Assembly: GCA_027068765.1 (NCBI GenBank) | Contig: JAMOMC010000164.1 | Span: 29-64,028 of the forward strand | Direction of reading: 5' to 3' | DNA: 64,000 nt | Source of the DNA: Campylobacterales bacterium | GTDB lineage: Bacteria > Campylobacterota > Campylobacteria > Campylobacterales > QNZT01 | Shown: positions 9,749 through 19,236 of the stretch, piece after piece | How positions within the stretch are numbered: the first letter of the stretch is position 1 | How the letters are laid out: every line of letters starts with the position of its first letter | Notes under the pieces: model-generated | Database searches by the model: none | What the model was told of the DNA's origin: nothing | What the model saw: the letters and a program-made list of their open reading frames with translations, nothing else | Position numbers and translations under genes: made by a program

Positions 9749-11677
9749 GTGATGAGTTATTTATTGGTGCAAATTTTGATATGTCTGTTGATAGCTGGAT
9801 TGATTGGTGCAGTTATTGGATGGCTTCTTCGTGGTGGATGTGATAGTAAGCTTAAAGAGAGTGATGATGAGTGGAACTTGAGATTAAAATCTTTAGAGAA
9901 TGAGTGGGGGAGAGAGTTAGATGGAATCTCTAGAGATTATGATGCAAAAATTGCAAGTGCAAACAGTGAAATAAAAAATCTAAAAAGAGATTTTTCTAGC
10001 TCAAACGATGAGTGGAGTTTAAAGCTTAAAGATAGAGATACAAATTGGGAGGGGAAAATTCAAAGCCTTGTTGGTGAGTATGATACAAAAAGTTTAAATG
10101 CAAATGATGAATTAGAACATTTAAAACAAGAGCTAGTATCTTCAAAAGATGAGATAGTGAATTTAAATGATAATTGGGAAGAGAAACTGCAAGCTCTTAG
10201 GAGTGATTATGAGAGTAAAAGTTTATCTGTAAATAGTGAAGTCGAAGATTTAAAAATCCAATTAGAAGATGCAAAAAGAGAGTTAGTAAAAAAAGAAGAT
10301 GCTTGGAATTTAAAATTAAAAGATAACCAGAGAAGTTGGGAGGGGAAAATTCAAAGCCTTGTTGGTGAGTATGATACAAAAAGTTTAAATGCAAATGATG
10401 AATTAGAGCATTTAAAACAAGAGCTAGTATCTTCAAAAGATGAGATAGTGAATTTAAATGATAATTGGGAAGAGAAACTGCAAGCTCTTAGGAGTGATTA
10501 TGAGAGTAAAAGTTTATCTGTAAATAGTGAAGTCGAAGATTTAAAAATCCAATTAGAAGATGCAAAAAGAGAGTTAGTAAAAAAAGAAGATGCTTGGAAT
10601 TTAAAATTAAAAGATAACCAGAGAAGTTGGGAAGAAAAATTTCAAGGAGTAAAAAGCTCATCTGTAAATAGTGAAGTCGAAGATTTAAAAATCCAATTAG
10701 AAAATGCAAAAAAAGAGTTAGCAAGAAAAGATGATAGTTGGAATTTAAAATTAAAAGATAGCCATAGTATTTGGGAGGGAAAGATTAGAACTCTTACAAG
10801 TAGTTATGATTTAAAAAGCTCAAATTTAGATAGTGAGTTAGAGTATTTAAAAAAAGAGCTTGCATCTGCAAGTGAGTATGCTCAAAAGAATAAAGCAGAA
10901 CTGAAAAATGCGAATGATAATTGGAGTTTAAAACTTAAAAATCAAGACTCAAATTGGGAGAATAAAATCCAAGGGTTAATGGGTGAGTATGATTTAAAAA
11001 ATTCATATTCAAATGAAGAGTTGGAAAGTTTAAAAACAGAGATGGAAGAGGCAAAAAAAGAGTTAGCAAGAGCAAATGATGAGTGGAGTTTAAAATTAAA
11101 AAGTGAGTTAGATAGTGTGGAGAGTGGCTGGAGTTTAAAGTTAAAAGATGATTTAGCAGAGGCAAGTGCAAATGACAGATGGAATTTAAAGTTAAAAGAT
11201 GAAGAGATAAAGGAGTTAAAAGCAAACTTAATCTCTTTACAAAAAGATACTAAAGTAGATAGAGAGTTTTTTGAAGCTGCAGGAAACACTGAAAAGTGCT
11301 ACGAAGTTGAAGAGATAGAGGGTATAGGACCAGCATATGGTAAAAAATTTAGAGCCCTTGGTATAAATACAACTTGTGATTTTGCAAAAGCATATTTGCA
11401 TAATGATAAAGCTATTAAAAAAGCAGCAAAAGAGACAGGTATAGATTTTGATGCTATAAGAGCTTGGGCTAGCATGGCAGATCTTATGAGAATTGAAGGA
11501 GTTGGTGGACAAGAGGCTGAGATAATGCAGACCGTTGGAGTAGATTCAAAAGAAGAGCTTGCAAAAATTAGTATAAATTCACTCCATACAAAAATGATAG
11601 AGTACAATTCTAAACACAAAATTGTACCTAAGGTTCCAACTTTAGATATGCTTAAAGAGTGGATTAAAAAGGTATAA
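9749..11677 (+). CDS. Membrane-anchored coiled-coil repeat protein with C-terminal helix-hairpin-helix (DUF4332-like) domain
   Basis: 642-aa ORF with an N-terminal TM helix. At least 10 copies of a (D/N)xW(N/S)LKLK motif sit in ~45-50-aa units. The C-terminus (IEGIGPAYGKKF..., RIEGVGGQEAEIM) resembles paired HhH modules. Confidence 0.7.
   Translation: MMSYLLVQILICLLIAGLIGAVIGWLLRGGCDSKLKESDDEWNLRLKSLENEWGRELDGISRDYDAKIASANSEIKNLKRDFSSSNDEWSLKLKDRDTNWEGKIQSLVGEYDTKSLNANDELEHLKQELVSSKDEIVNLNDNWEEKLQALRSDYESKSLSVNSEVEDLKIQLEDAKRELVKKEDAWNLKLKDNQRSWEGKIQSLVGEYDTKSLNANDELEHLKQELVSSKDEIVNLNDNWEEKLQALRSDYESKSLSVNSEVEDLKIQLEDAKRELVKKEDAWNLKLKDNQRSWEEKFQGVKSSSVNSEVEDLKIQLENAKKELARKDDSWNLKLKDSHSIWEGKIRTLTSSYDLKSSNLDSELEYLKKELASASEYAQKNKAELKNANDNWSLKLKNQDSNWENKIQGLMGEYDLKNSYSNEELESLKTEMEEAKKELARANDEWSLKLKSELDSVESGWSLKLKDDLAEASANDRWNLKLKDEEIKELKANLISLQKDTKVDREFFEAAGNTEKCYEVEEIEGIGPAYGKKFRALGINTTCDFAKAYLHNDKAIKKAAKETGIDFDAIRAWASMADLMRIEGVGGQEAEIMQTVGVDSKEELAKISINSLHTKMIEYNSKHKIVPKVPTLDMLKEWIKKV
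10046..10627 (+). repeat. Tandem in-frame duplication, 2 x 291 bp
   Basis: 10046-10336 and 10337-10627 are identical by eye except for one synonymous A/G difference (10117 vs 10408). A further exact ~42-nt partial copy lies near 10660-10700. Confidence 0.9.
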
Positions 11678-11697
11678 AAATTAAGTAAGCCTCTTTT

Positions 11698-11713
11698 TGG
11701 CATACTTATTGCT
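11698..11713 (+). promoter_or_regulatory. Sigma54 (RpoN)-type promoter upstream of flgI
   Basis: TGGCAT-ACTTA-TTGCT against the consensus TGGCAC-N5-TTGCW, ~33 nt upstream of the flgI TTG start. Confidence 0.55.
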
Positions 11714-11745
11714 TCAAAATAGTCACTAAATAAAAAGGAACTATT

Positions 11746-12795
11746 TTGAAACTAAAAGCTTTTTTTATCTTCATTATCTTGGTACAAGTTTTAAATGCCA
11801 CAAAAATAAAAGATATTACTAGTGTTGTTGGAGTTCGTGAAAACCAACTTATCGGTTATGGTCTTGTTGTTGGCTTAAATGGTACAGGTGATGGCTCTTC
11901 TTCAGAATTTACAAGACAAGCGATTTCTAGTATGCTTCAGAGTGTAAATATAAAAGTGGATTCAAAAAAAGTAAAATCCAAAAATGTTGCAGCTGTAATG
12001 GTTACAGCAAAACTTCCAGCTTTTTCTCGTCATGGAGATAATCTTGATATAGAAGTTTCATCTATAGGGGATGCAAAGTCTATTGTTGGAGGTACTTTGA
12101 TACTTACTCCTTTAAAGGCGGTTGATGGAGAGGTTTATGCTCTTGCACAAGGTAGTATTGAAAAAGGTTTTACAGCAGGTGGAAAAAAGAGCAAAAAAGC
12201 TACAACTGCAAAGATTTTTTCAGGAGCATTGGTTGAGAGAGAAGTAGCTTATGATATAAACTCTAAAAACACAATTAGATTAAGTTTAAAACAATCAGAT
12301 TTTGCAACGGCTGCAAAAATTCAAAAGAGATTAAATAGAGTTTTTGGTGTTAAGATAGCTTCTGCCATAGACCCAAGAACAATAGAGCTTAGACGACCTA
12401 TAAATTTGAGCATGGTTGAGTTTTTGGCTAGAGTAAATGAGACTAGCATCTCTCATAACGGGGCTGATAAGATTGTGATTGATCAGCAAAGTGGTACTGT
12501 TGTTGCTGGTTTGAGTGTTAAAATTTCACCTGTTGTGATTAGTCATGGGGATTTGACACTTAAGATTTTGCCAACTGATAACCTACCAAAATCTTCAAAC
12601 TCAAATGTACAATATGGAGATGAGACAACTATCTCTGTAAATAATAATATAGTTTATGTAAAAGATGGTAAAGTAACAGTTGCAAATATTGTAAGAGTGC
12701 TTCAAAAATTAGGAGCTAAACCTGCAGATATTATAGCTGTTATGCAGACTATAAAAAGGGCGGGGGGGATAAATTCAAAAGTAGAGGTGATATAA
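11746..12795 (+). CDS. flgI: Flagellar P-ring protein FlgI
   Basis: 349-aa ORF with a signal peptide. It carries the conserved FlgI core (IKDITSVVGVRENQLIGYGLVVGLNGTGD). Confidence 0.9.
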   Translation: MKLKAFFIFIILVQVLNATKIKDITSVVGVRENQLIGYGLVVGLNGTGDGSSSEFTRQAISSMLQSVNIKVDSKKVKSKNVAAVMVTAKLPAFSRHGDNLDIEVSSIGDAKSIVGGTLILTPLKAVDGEVYALAQGSIEKGFTAGGKKSKKATTAKIFSGALVEREVAYDINSKNTIRLSLKQSDFATAAKIQKRLNRVFGVKIASAIDPRTIELRRPINLSMVEFLARVNETSISHNGADKIVIDQQSGTVVAGLSVKISPVVISHGDLTLKILPTDNLPKSSNSNVQYGDETTISVNNNIVYVKDGKVTVANIVRVLQKLGAKPADIIAVMQTIKRAGGINSKVEVI

Positions 12796-13083
12796 GTGAC
12801 GATTGATAACTCTATCATAGCATCTACGGCATTTGATCCTAAAAATATTGTTAAAACAGATGACGATAAAAAGCTAAAAGCTCAGACTGATAATTTTGAA
12901 GCTTTTATGATAAAAAAAGTATTAGATATCTCTTTAAAAAGAGAAAATACTCTCTTTGGAAAAGATCCAGGAGATAAGATTTATAACTCTATGTACAATG
13001 ATACTATGTCAAAAGCTTTAAGTGGTGGCTTGGGATATAGTGAACTTCTATTTAACTTTCTAAAAGAGCAAAATATTAAATAA
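12796..13083 (+). CDS. Rod-binding protein (FlgJ N-terminal-domain-like)
   Basis: 95-aa ORF immediately after flgI with an FEAFMIKKVLD motif like the FlgJ rod-binding domain. No muramidase domain is present. Confidence 0.55.
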   Translation: MTIDNSIIASTAFDPKNIVKTDDDKKLKAQTDNFEAFMIKKVLDISLKRENTLFGKDPGDKIYNSMYNDTMSKALSGGLGYSELLFNFLKEQNIK

Positions 13084-13124
13084 TTTCCTAAGTAAATCAA
13101 ATATCTTTAATTTTTAAAAAAAGT

Positions 13125-13151
13125 TAAAGTTTTTTGCATTTATGTCGATAT
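13125..13151 (+). promoter_or_regulatory. Sigma28 (FliA)-type promoter upstream of flgN-like/flgK
   Basis: TAAAGTTT-N11-GTCGATAT against the consensus TAAAGTTT-N11-GCCGATAA, ending 31 nt upstream of the ATG at 13183. Confidence 0.55.
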
Positions 13152-13182
13152 ATATAGTATATAAAGATGTAAGGAGAAAAAG

Positions 13183-13611
13183 ATGATTATTCAAAAACTA
13201 CAAGATGCTATCGCAGATATAGATGCTTTGGTTGCATTAACTTCATCAGATATAGAGGATATAAAATTAGCGAATCATCAAAAACTTGGAGATAGATTAG
13301 CTCAAAAAGAGGCTTTGATTAGTTCATTTGAGAGAAAAAAAGCACTTTTAAATACAGAGTTAATTAAGCTTACTTTGTCAAATGATGGCAAAAGTATAGA
13401 GGAAATTTTAAGTGGTGATGAAGCAGATGTTTTGACACTTTTTAAAGAGAAACTTACAAATTTAAAATCTATAAACAGAGATTATGCAAAGTTTGTTGTA
13501 ACTATAAGTGAGTTTTATAACTCCTTGATTGATAAGATGTTCACACTTGATGGAAATGGATACGAGAAAAACAAGCTAGCTCCTGCAACAATTTTTGCGG
13601 TATCAGCATGA
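13183..13611 (+). CDS. FlgN-like flagellar chaperone
   Basis: 142-aa helical protein directly upstream of flgK and ATGA-coupled to it. The assignment rests on position and size. Confidence 0.45.
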   Translation: MIIQKLQDAIADIDALVALTSSDIEDIKLANHQKLGDRLAQKEALISSFERKKALLNTELIKLTLSNDGKSIEEILSGDEADVLTLFKEKLTNLKSINRDYAKFVVTISEFYNSLIDKMFTLDGNGYEKNKLAPATIFAVSA

Positions 13612-15446
13612 GTATATTTAATTCCCTTAATATCGGCTATAGTGGATTACAAGCTTCACAATCAGGAATTAACACAACTAGTCACAATATTGCCAATGCA
13701 AATGTTGATGGATACTCAAGACAGAGTATTTCACAAAAAGTAAGCCCTCCAATTCATAACATACCAGGAGATGTTGGAAATGGAACTAGAGTAGATAGTA
13801 TCACAAGAGCTCACGATGAGTTTGTCTATGGAAGGCTTAAAAGCTCTGGTTCACAAGTTTCATATGCAACTACAATGGAGAAAAATCTTCAAGAGATAGC
13901 TACTTTTGGAGCTTCTCTTGATGGTTTAGGAATAGCAAAAGATATGAAAGATTTTTTCGCTTCATGGAGTGATGTTGCACAAAATCCAGGTGATGAAGCA
14001 CAAAAGATTGTTCTTCTTCGTTCAATGGAGTCTTTAACTCAAAATATAAATCAAACAAGCACAAGTTTAACAAATCTTCAAGATAGGCTAAATAGCGAGT
14101 TTAAAAATGGAATAGATAGAGTTAACGATATAGCAAGCCAGATTTCAGAGATAAATAAAAATATAAACAAAGTAGAAAACAATGGAAAATCAAATGCAAA
14201 TGATTTAAGAGACCAAAGAGATAGATTAGAGTTAGAGTTATCGAAGATGATAAATATCGATGTTTCAAAAGGACGAGAAGTTACAGAGTATGGAGCAAAA
14301 GCAAACAGAACAGATATGGGAACTGATTATAATATAAATGTTGGTGGTTTTAATATAGTAGATGGTGTCTCATTTCATCCCCTTAGAGTGGAAGATTCTT
14401 TTAGTGATTCAAAATTAAACTCTGTTTTTTATGCAGATAATACTCAAAATAAAGTAGATATAACAGATGAGATAAGAGGTGGTAAGCTTGGGGCGATATT
14501 GGATTTACGAGGAAATAAACTAGATGAGAGTGGAAGAGCAGTTGATTCTAAAATTCAAGATTATATAGATAACTTAGACTCATTTTCAAAAACTTTAATT
14601 CACTCTGTAAATAGTATATATGCACAAAGTGCTCAAAAAGATATAGTAACAGACAATTTTGGAGAGTTCGATGATAGTGGAAAACTCTCTACTTTGGAGG
14701 GTATAAAAGAGGGTAGTTTTGAGGTAAAAGTTTATAATAATTTAGGGGAAGAGGTAGCGGTTAGAAATATCACTATAGATGCGGATACTTCACTTCATAA
14801 AAACCAAGATGGAACTATCAATGCAAATAGCATAATAGAGCAGTTAAATAAAAATAGTGATGACAATGGCGATAATGATGGCACAAATGATCTTGATGAT
14901 TTTTTTACAGCTTCGATGGTAGATGGTAAACTTAGAATTACATCAAGAACAGATGAAAATTATACAATTGCAATAAATGACAATGGGACAAATTTTGCTG
15001 GTGTAACTGGAGCGAATAGACTCTTTAGTGGAGATAGTGCAAGTAGCATCTCTTTGGACGCAGATATAAAAAACAATCCATCATCTATATCTGCACACAA
15101 AGCACCAATAGATGGAAATGCTGATTTAGCAAATGATATGGTAGCTTTGCAGTATGAAAGTGTAACTTTTTATAAAGCTAATGAAGAGACTTCCGTTCAG
15201 AGTTTGGAGGGATTTTATAGATATAGCTCTGCTAAAATAGCATCAGATGCACACCAAGCTACAATAAATAAAGAGGCATCAGAGGTTTTAAATAAAACGA
15301 TAACAGATGAGTTTAAATCTGTAAGTGCTGTTGATATGGATGAAGAGTTGGTAAATCTTATGATGTACCAAACAGCTTATCAGGCAAATGCTAAAGTTAT
15401 TACAGCAATTGATAAGATGATTGATACACTTTTAGGGATGAAATAG
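13608..15446 (+). CDS. flgK: Flagellar hook-associated protein 1 FlgK
   Basis: 612-aa ORF with the N-terminus GLQASQSGINTTSHNIANANVDGYSRQ and the C-terminus EELVNLMMYQTAYQANAKVI. Confidence 0.85.
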   Translation: MSIFNSLNIGYSGLQASQSGINTTSHNIANANVDGYSRQSISQKVSPPIHNIPGDVGNGTRVDSITRAHDEFVYGRLKSSGSQVSYATTMEKNLQEIATFGASLDGLGIAKDMKDFFASWSDVAQNPGDEAQKIVLLRSMESLTQNINQTSTSLTNLQDRLNSEFKNGIDRVNDIASQISEINKNINKVENNGKSNANDLRDQRDRLELELSKMINIDVSKGREVTEYGAKANRTDMGTDYNINVGGFNIVDGVSFHPLRVEDSFSDSKLNSVFYADNTQNKVDITDEIRGGKLGAILDLRGNKLDESGRAVDSKIQDYIDNLDSFSKTLIHSVNSIYAQSAQKDIVTDNFGEFDDSGKLSTLEGIKEGSFEVKVYNNLGEEVAVRNITIDADTSLHKNQDGTINANSIIEQLNKNSDDNGDNDGTNDLDDFFTASMVDGKLRITSRTDENYTIAINDNGTNFAGVTGANRLFSGDSASSISLDADIKNNPSSISAHKAPIDGNADLANDMVALQYESVTFYKANEETSVQSLEGFYRYSSAKIASDAHQATINKEASEVLNKTITDEFKSVSAVDMDEELVNLMMYQTAYQANAKVITAIDKMIDTLLGMK

Positions 15447-15447
15447 T

Positions 15448-15873
15448 CTAAGATTTAGAGAGTGCATTTTTTTGAAGATACTCATAAATATCTGGTGTCC
15501 AGTTATTTTCAAACTCAATATCAGGGCAAAACTTTTTTATAGTTGCTGCAAACTTTCCATTTTCAGCAACCACTTTCCACTCCTCTTTACTCATCTTTCT
15601 AGCTAGTGAATAACCGCTCATGTTGCAAGCTTTTTGCATCTCTTTTTGATATAAAGCTGCCCCGCCTGTAACGGCACCTTTTTCTATGAGTGTAGGATCA
15701 GGTGTATCTTCTTTTATATCTATCTCATTTTGAGTAGTTTGGTTTGTATCTTTAGTTTTTACTTCATCTTTTTTCTCGCAACCGCTTATAAGAAATAACG
15801 ATAGAGTTAGTATTGTTAAAAGTATAATGTTTCTAATCATATTTTTCTCCTTTTTAATTATCGAAGTGAGCAT
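15448..15873 (-). CDS. Lipoprotein, unknown function
   Basis: 141-aa ORF with signal peptide plus lipobox (LISGCEK). Confidence 0.4.
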   Translation of the reverse strand: MLTSIIKKEKNMIRNIILLTILTLSLFLISGCEKKDEVKTKDTNQTTQNEIDIKEDTPDPTLIEKGAVTGGAALYQKEMQKACNMSGYSLARKMSKEEWKVVAENGKFAATIKKFCPDIEFENNWTPDIYEYLQKNALSKS

Positions 15874-15962
15874 TATACAAATTTAATATAAATTTTATTT
15901 AAAATATTAAAATTATTATAGTTTTGATATAATTAGTAAAAAAAGAAGGTGATTTATATAAT

Positions 15963-16766
15963 TTGAGAGTTCCATATGTTAGTATTACTATTTTGGTGTC
16001 GATTGTTTTAATGAGTTACTTTGGAGGATTGTTTTGGACTACATCTCCATATGAGTTAAATAAAAATCTAATCTTAGCCTCTCCTTCGTTTGAAAATCCT
16101 ATGGGAACTGACCGTTTGGGTAGAGATGTTTTTGCTAGAATTATAGAAGGTGGAAAGATTAGTTTGAGTATAGGTATAGGCTCTGCTTTAATTGCTTCTT
16201 TTATAGGTTTGATGATAGGAGTTAGTGCTGGATTTTTTAGAGGAAATAGTGATAAAGTAATTATTGTTTTAATTGATTTGTTTTTAACTTTTCCAACTTT
16301 TTTTCTTCTTTTAGCTCTTATATCTTACATGAGTGCATCTATTTGGGTGCTTATTTTTGTTATTTCAATTACTGGTTGGATGGGGATGGCTAGACTTATA
16401 AGAAGTGAGAGTTTTGCCATAGGAAATAAGCCGTTTATAAAAGTTTTAGAGCTTGGGGGAGTTGGTCGTATAAAAATTATACTAAAGTACTTTACTCCAC
16501 TTTTGGCTCCTATCTTTTTTATATCTTTTACTTTTGGAGTTGGTGGAGCGATACTTGCTGAGAGTGGTCTTAGTTTTTTAGGTATTGGAATTATGCCTCC
16601 GCAGATTAGTTGGGGGAGTGTTTTGAGTGATGGTAAAAGTGTGGTAGATATAGCTTGGTGGCTTAGTTTTTTCCCTGGACTTATGATATTTTTGGTTATA
16701 CTTTCTCTTGTAAATATCTCAGATTTTCTTCAAAGTTATACAAATCAAAAAGATAAAGTTATCTAA
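15963..16766 (+). CDS. ABC transporter permease (DppC/OppC/NikC family)
   Basis: 267-aa ORF with ~6 TM helices and the EAA-loop-like sequence AILAESGLSFLGIGIMPPQISWG. Confidence 0.75.
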   Translation: MRVPYVSITILVSIVLMSYFGGLFWTTSPYELNKNLILASPSFENPMGTDRLGRDVFARIIEGGKISLSIGIGSALIASFIGLMIGVSAGFFRGNSDKVIIVLIDLFLTFPTFFLLLALISYMSASIWVLIFVISITGWMGMARLIRSESFAIGNKPFIKVLELGGVGRIKIILKYFTPLLAPIFFISFTFGVGGAILAESGLSFLGIGIMPPQISWGSVLSDGKSVVDIAWWLSFFPGLMIFLVILSLVNISDFLQSYTNQKDKVI

Positions 16767-16767
16767 A

Positions 16768-17514
16768 ATGGATATAAAAAAACTTTTAGATGAAGAGGTT
16801 TTAAAAAGAGATACTCTTTTAGAGATTTCCAATGATAAACCAGACCCAATGTTAATAGCAAAAACCCATAAAGATGAGACAATTTCACTAATTTGTGCTC
16901 TTTTTGCTTATGGAAATGCAAAACTTATAGTAAAGTTTTTAGCTACATTGGATTTTTCTCTTTTAGAAAAAAGTGATGATATGATTAAAAAAGAGTTATC
17001 TTCGCACTATTATAGATTTCAAAATTCTAGTGATATAGCTGAGCTGTTCATAACTCTAAAGAGATTGAAAAATGAAATATCTTTGGAGGAAATTTTTTTA
17101 AGAGGCTATAAAAAGAGAGATTCAGTATTGGATGGATTAGAAAGTACAATCTCAAAACTTTGGTCGTTAAATGAGTACAACTCCAGAGGTTATAAATTTT
17201 TATTATCAAAACCACCAAATAAAAAAAGTAGTTCTACTTATAAGAGATGGAATATGTATCTTAGATGGATGGTTAGAGAAGACAGTATAGATTTAGGGCT
17301 TTGGAGTGGAGTTAAAAAAAGTGATTTGCTTATGCCTTTAGATACTCATACTTTTGCAGTCTCTAGGAGTTTAGGATTGTTAGATAGAAAAACTTATGAT
17401 TTAAAAGCGGTATTAGAGCTTACCCAAAAGTTAAAAACCTTTGATAAAAATGACCCTATAAAATATGATTTTGCACTTTATCGTTTGGGTCAAGAGAAGA
17501 TTAAATTAAATTAG
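16768..17514 (+). CDS. Conserved hypothetical protein (TIGR02757/DUF2400-like)
   Basis: 248-aa ORF. The PLDTHTFAVSRSLGLL segment resembles the HhH-type motif of this family. Assignment is from memory only. Confidence 0.45.
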   Translation: MDIKKLLDEEVLKRDTLLEISNDKPDPMLIAKTHKDETISLICALFAYGNAKLIVKFLATLDFSLLEKSDDMIKKELSSHYYRFQNSSDIAELFITLKRLKNEISLEEIFLRGYKKRDSVLDGLESTISKLWSLNEYNSRGYKFLLSKPPNKKSSSTYKRWNMYLRWMVREDSIDLGLWSGVKKSDLLMPLDTHTFAVSRSLGLLDRKTYDLKAVLELTQKLKTFDKNDPIKYDFALYRLGQEKIKLN

Positions 17515-17585
17515 AGTTATTCATAAGAGAATATTAAATAACTTTTGTGTAAAATATCGCAATTTTTACTATTAAAGGCTTTTTT

Positions 17586-18284
17586 GTGGATGGACTTTTT
17601 ACATTTTTAGGATTGATTTCTTCTAATCATACTTTTATCATTTTAGCTCATGCTGTGCTTGTTGCTATTATTATTATCGCTGTTGTTAAGGTTGCTACAT
17701 CATCTTTGCAGATTGTTCCTAAGGGTATTCAAAATATTGCTGAGACATATTTGGGCGGAGTTATAAACATGGGTGCTGAGGTGATTGGTGAAGATTTGGC
17801 GAAAAAATACCTTCCTTTAGTTGCTACTATCGGTATAATTGTGTTTTTTGCAAATGTTATAGGAATTATACCTGGCTTTGAGTCACCTACAAGTGATATA
17901 AACTTTACATTAGCTCTTGCTTTAATTGTTTTTGTTTTTTATAATGTTGAGGGTGTTAGAAAAAATGGAGCTTTAAAATATATTCAAAGTTTTGTTCATC
18001 TAGGTGATATGAATCCTATTGCAAAGTTTTTAATGTCTGTATTTATGTATCCTATCGAAATTCTTTCACATCTTTCTCGTGTTGTATCTTTATCTTTTCG
18101 TCTGTTTGGAAATATCAAAGGAGATGACTTATTTTTAGCCGTTATATTGATGTTGGCTCCTTTTATAGCTCCTCTTGCTCCATTTGCACTTTTGACATTT
18201 ATGGCGGTGCTTCAAGCATTTATCTTTATGATTTTGACATATGTTTATCTTGCAGGCGCTGTTAAAATTGATGAAGATCATTAA
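17586..18284 (+). CDS. atpB: F0F1 ATP synthase subunit a
   Basis: 232-aa polytopic membrane protein with the conserved segment [14 protein letters not shown] (essential Arg). Confidence 0.85.
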   Translation: MDGLFTFLGLISSNHTFIILAHAVLVAIIIIAVVKVATSSLQIVPKGIQNIAETYLGGVINMGAEVIGEDLAKKYLPLVATIGIIVFFANVIGIIPGFESPTSDINFTLALALIVFVFYNVEGVRKNGALKYIQSFVHLGDMNPIAKFLMSVFMYPIEILSHLSRVVSLSFRLFGNIKGDDLFLAVILMLAPFIAPLAPFALLTFMAVLQAFIFMILTYVYLAGAVKIDEDH

Positions 18285-18342
18285 GAAATGTTAAACTTTT
18301 CTCCCTTTTTGCCGATTTTCTTTAAATCTTAAGGGAGAGTGT

Positions 18343-18636
18343 TTGATGTTAATGAAAAATAGAAGTTTTGATAAAATGGTTAGTTTTATGCAAGGAGCTT
18401 CTTGGGGCTTAGTTATTCTTGGTGCTTATCTCTTTTTTACACTTTTTTATCCATTTGGTTTTATTGTCGCTTTGATAGGTGGTTTTTTTGGTGCTTCCAT
18501 TGGAGTTTTTATGGTAATCTTTTTTGAGATGGCTCACATAAAGCAAGAGATGTATAAAGAGAAGATAAAACATACAGAGATTTTAGAGAATATATTAAAA
18601 CATATTAAAAAAGATGAAAAGTTATCTGATAACTGA
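18343..18636 (+). CDS. Small membrane protein
   Basis: 97-aa ORF with two TM helices. Confidence 0.35.
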   Translation: MMLMKNRSFDKMVSFMQGASWGLVILGAYLFFTLFYPFGFIVALIGGFFGASIGVFMVIFFEMAHIKQEMYKEKIKHTEILENILKHIKKDEKLSDN

Positions 18637-19168
18637 CCCAAAATATTATAAGCCACTAGGAGATTCTTTAGAGGATTATCTTGAGAGAGTTTATCAAAAT
18701 CATCATATAGATTATAGCTGTTTTAGAGATAAAAAAAATTCTAATACAAAAGAGTTAGCCCAAATTTTTTTGCTCCTTTGCCAAAAGTATAAAATTCAAA
18801 AAACCCTTATAAATAGCGATATAGAGTTAGCCAAAGAGTTGGGTTTTTTTGGAGTTCACTTAACATCTAAACTTTTGAAAAATATAAAAAAAGCTAAAGA
18901 GAAAAATCTTTTTGTAATTGCTAGTACACACACGATAAAAGAGGTTGAGTTTGCAATAGAACAAGGAGTAGATGCGGTCACTTTTAGTCCTATATTTGAA
19001 ACTCCAAACAAAGGGAAGCCTAAAGGTATGAAAAAGTTAAAAGAACTTGTTTTATCACAAAAAGTAAAAATTTTTGCACTTGGCGGAATTATCACAAAAA
19101 AACAGATTCAAAAATGTCAAGATGTAGGAGCTTATGGATTTGCTTCGATTAGGTATTTTAAAACTTAA
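18614..19168 (+). CDS. thiE: Thiamine-phosphate synthase
   Basis: 184-aa ORF with a TMP-TENI-like pattern (GVHLTS..., ASTHT, FSPIFETPNKG, ALGGI). Confidence 0.7.
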   Translation: MKSYLITDPKYYKPLGDSLEDYLERVYQNHHIDYSCFRDKKNSNTKELAQIFLLLCQKYKIQKTLINSDIELAKELGFFGVHLTSKLLKNIKKAKEKNLFVIASTHTIKEVEFAIEQGVDAVTFSPIFETPNKGKPKGMKKLKELVLSQKVKIFALGGIITKKQIQKCQDVGAYGFASIRYFKT

Positions 19169-19236
19169 ATTTATATTTTAATGATTTTAATTAAAGATAT
19201 TGTATAATAATCTAAAATATATAACAAGAGGGCTTC

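Noticed and set aside
10046-10700. Regularly spaced direct repeats that could suggest a CRISPR array.
   Set aside because: The repeats are 291 bp long, contiguous with no unique spacers, and maintain a single long reading frame. This is a coding tandem duplication.
10197-11703. A series of minus-strand ORFs (10197-10436, 10488-10724, 10935-11289, 11237-11512, 11299-11703).
   Set aside because: They mirror the repeat structure of the plus-strand gene, which explains why two are near-identical. They are leucine/histidine-rich nonsense. The last one also runs across the flgI sigma54 promoter.
12762-12768. G7 homopolymer near the 3' end of flgI, as a possible phase-variation tract.
   Set aside because: It is shorter than the G8-G11 tracts known to switch in Campylobacter. 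A slip would alter only the last ~9 codons, so it is unlikely to act as a functional on/off switch.
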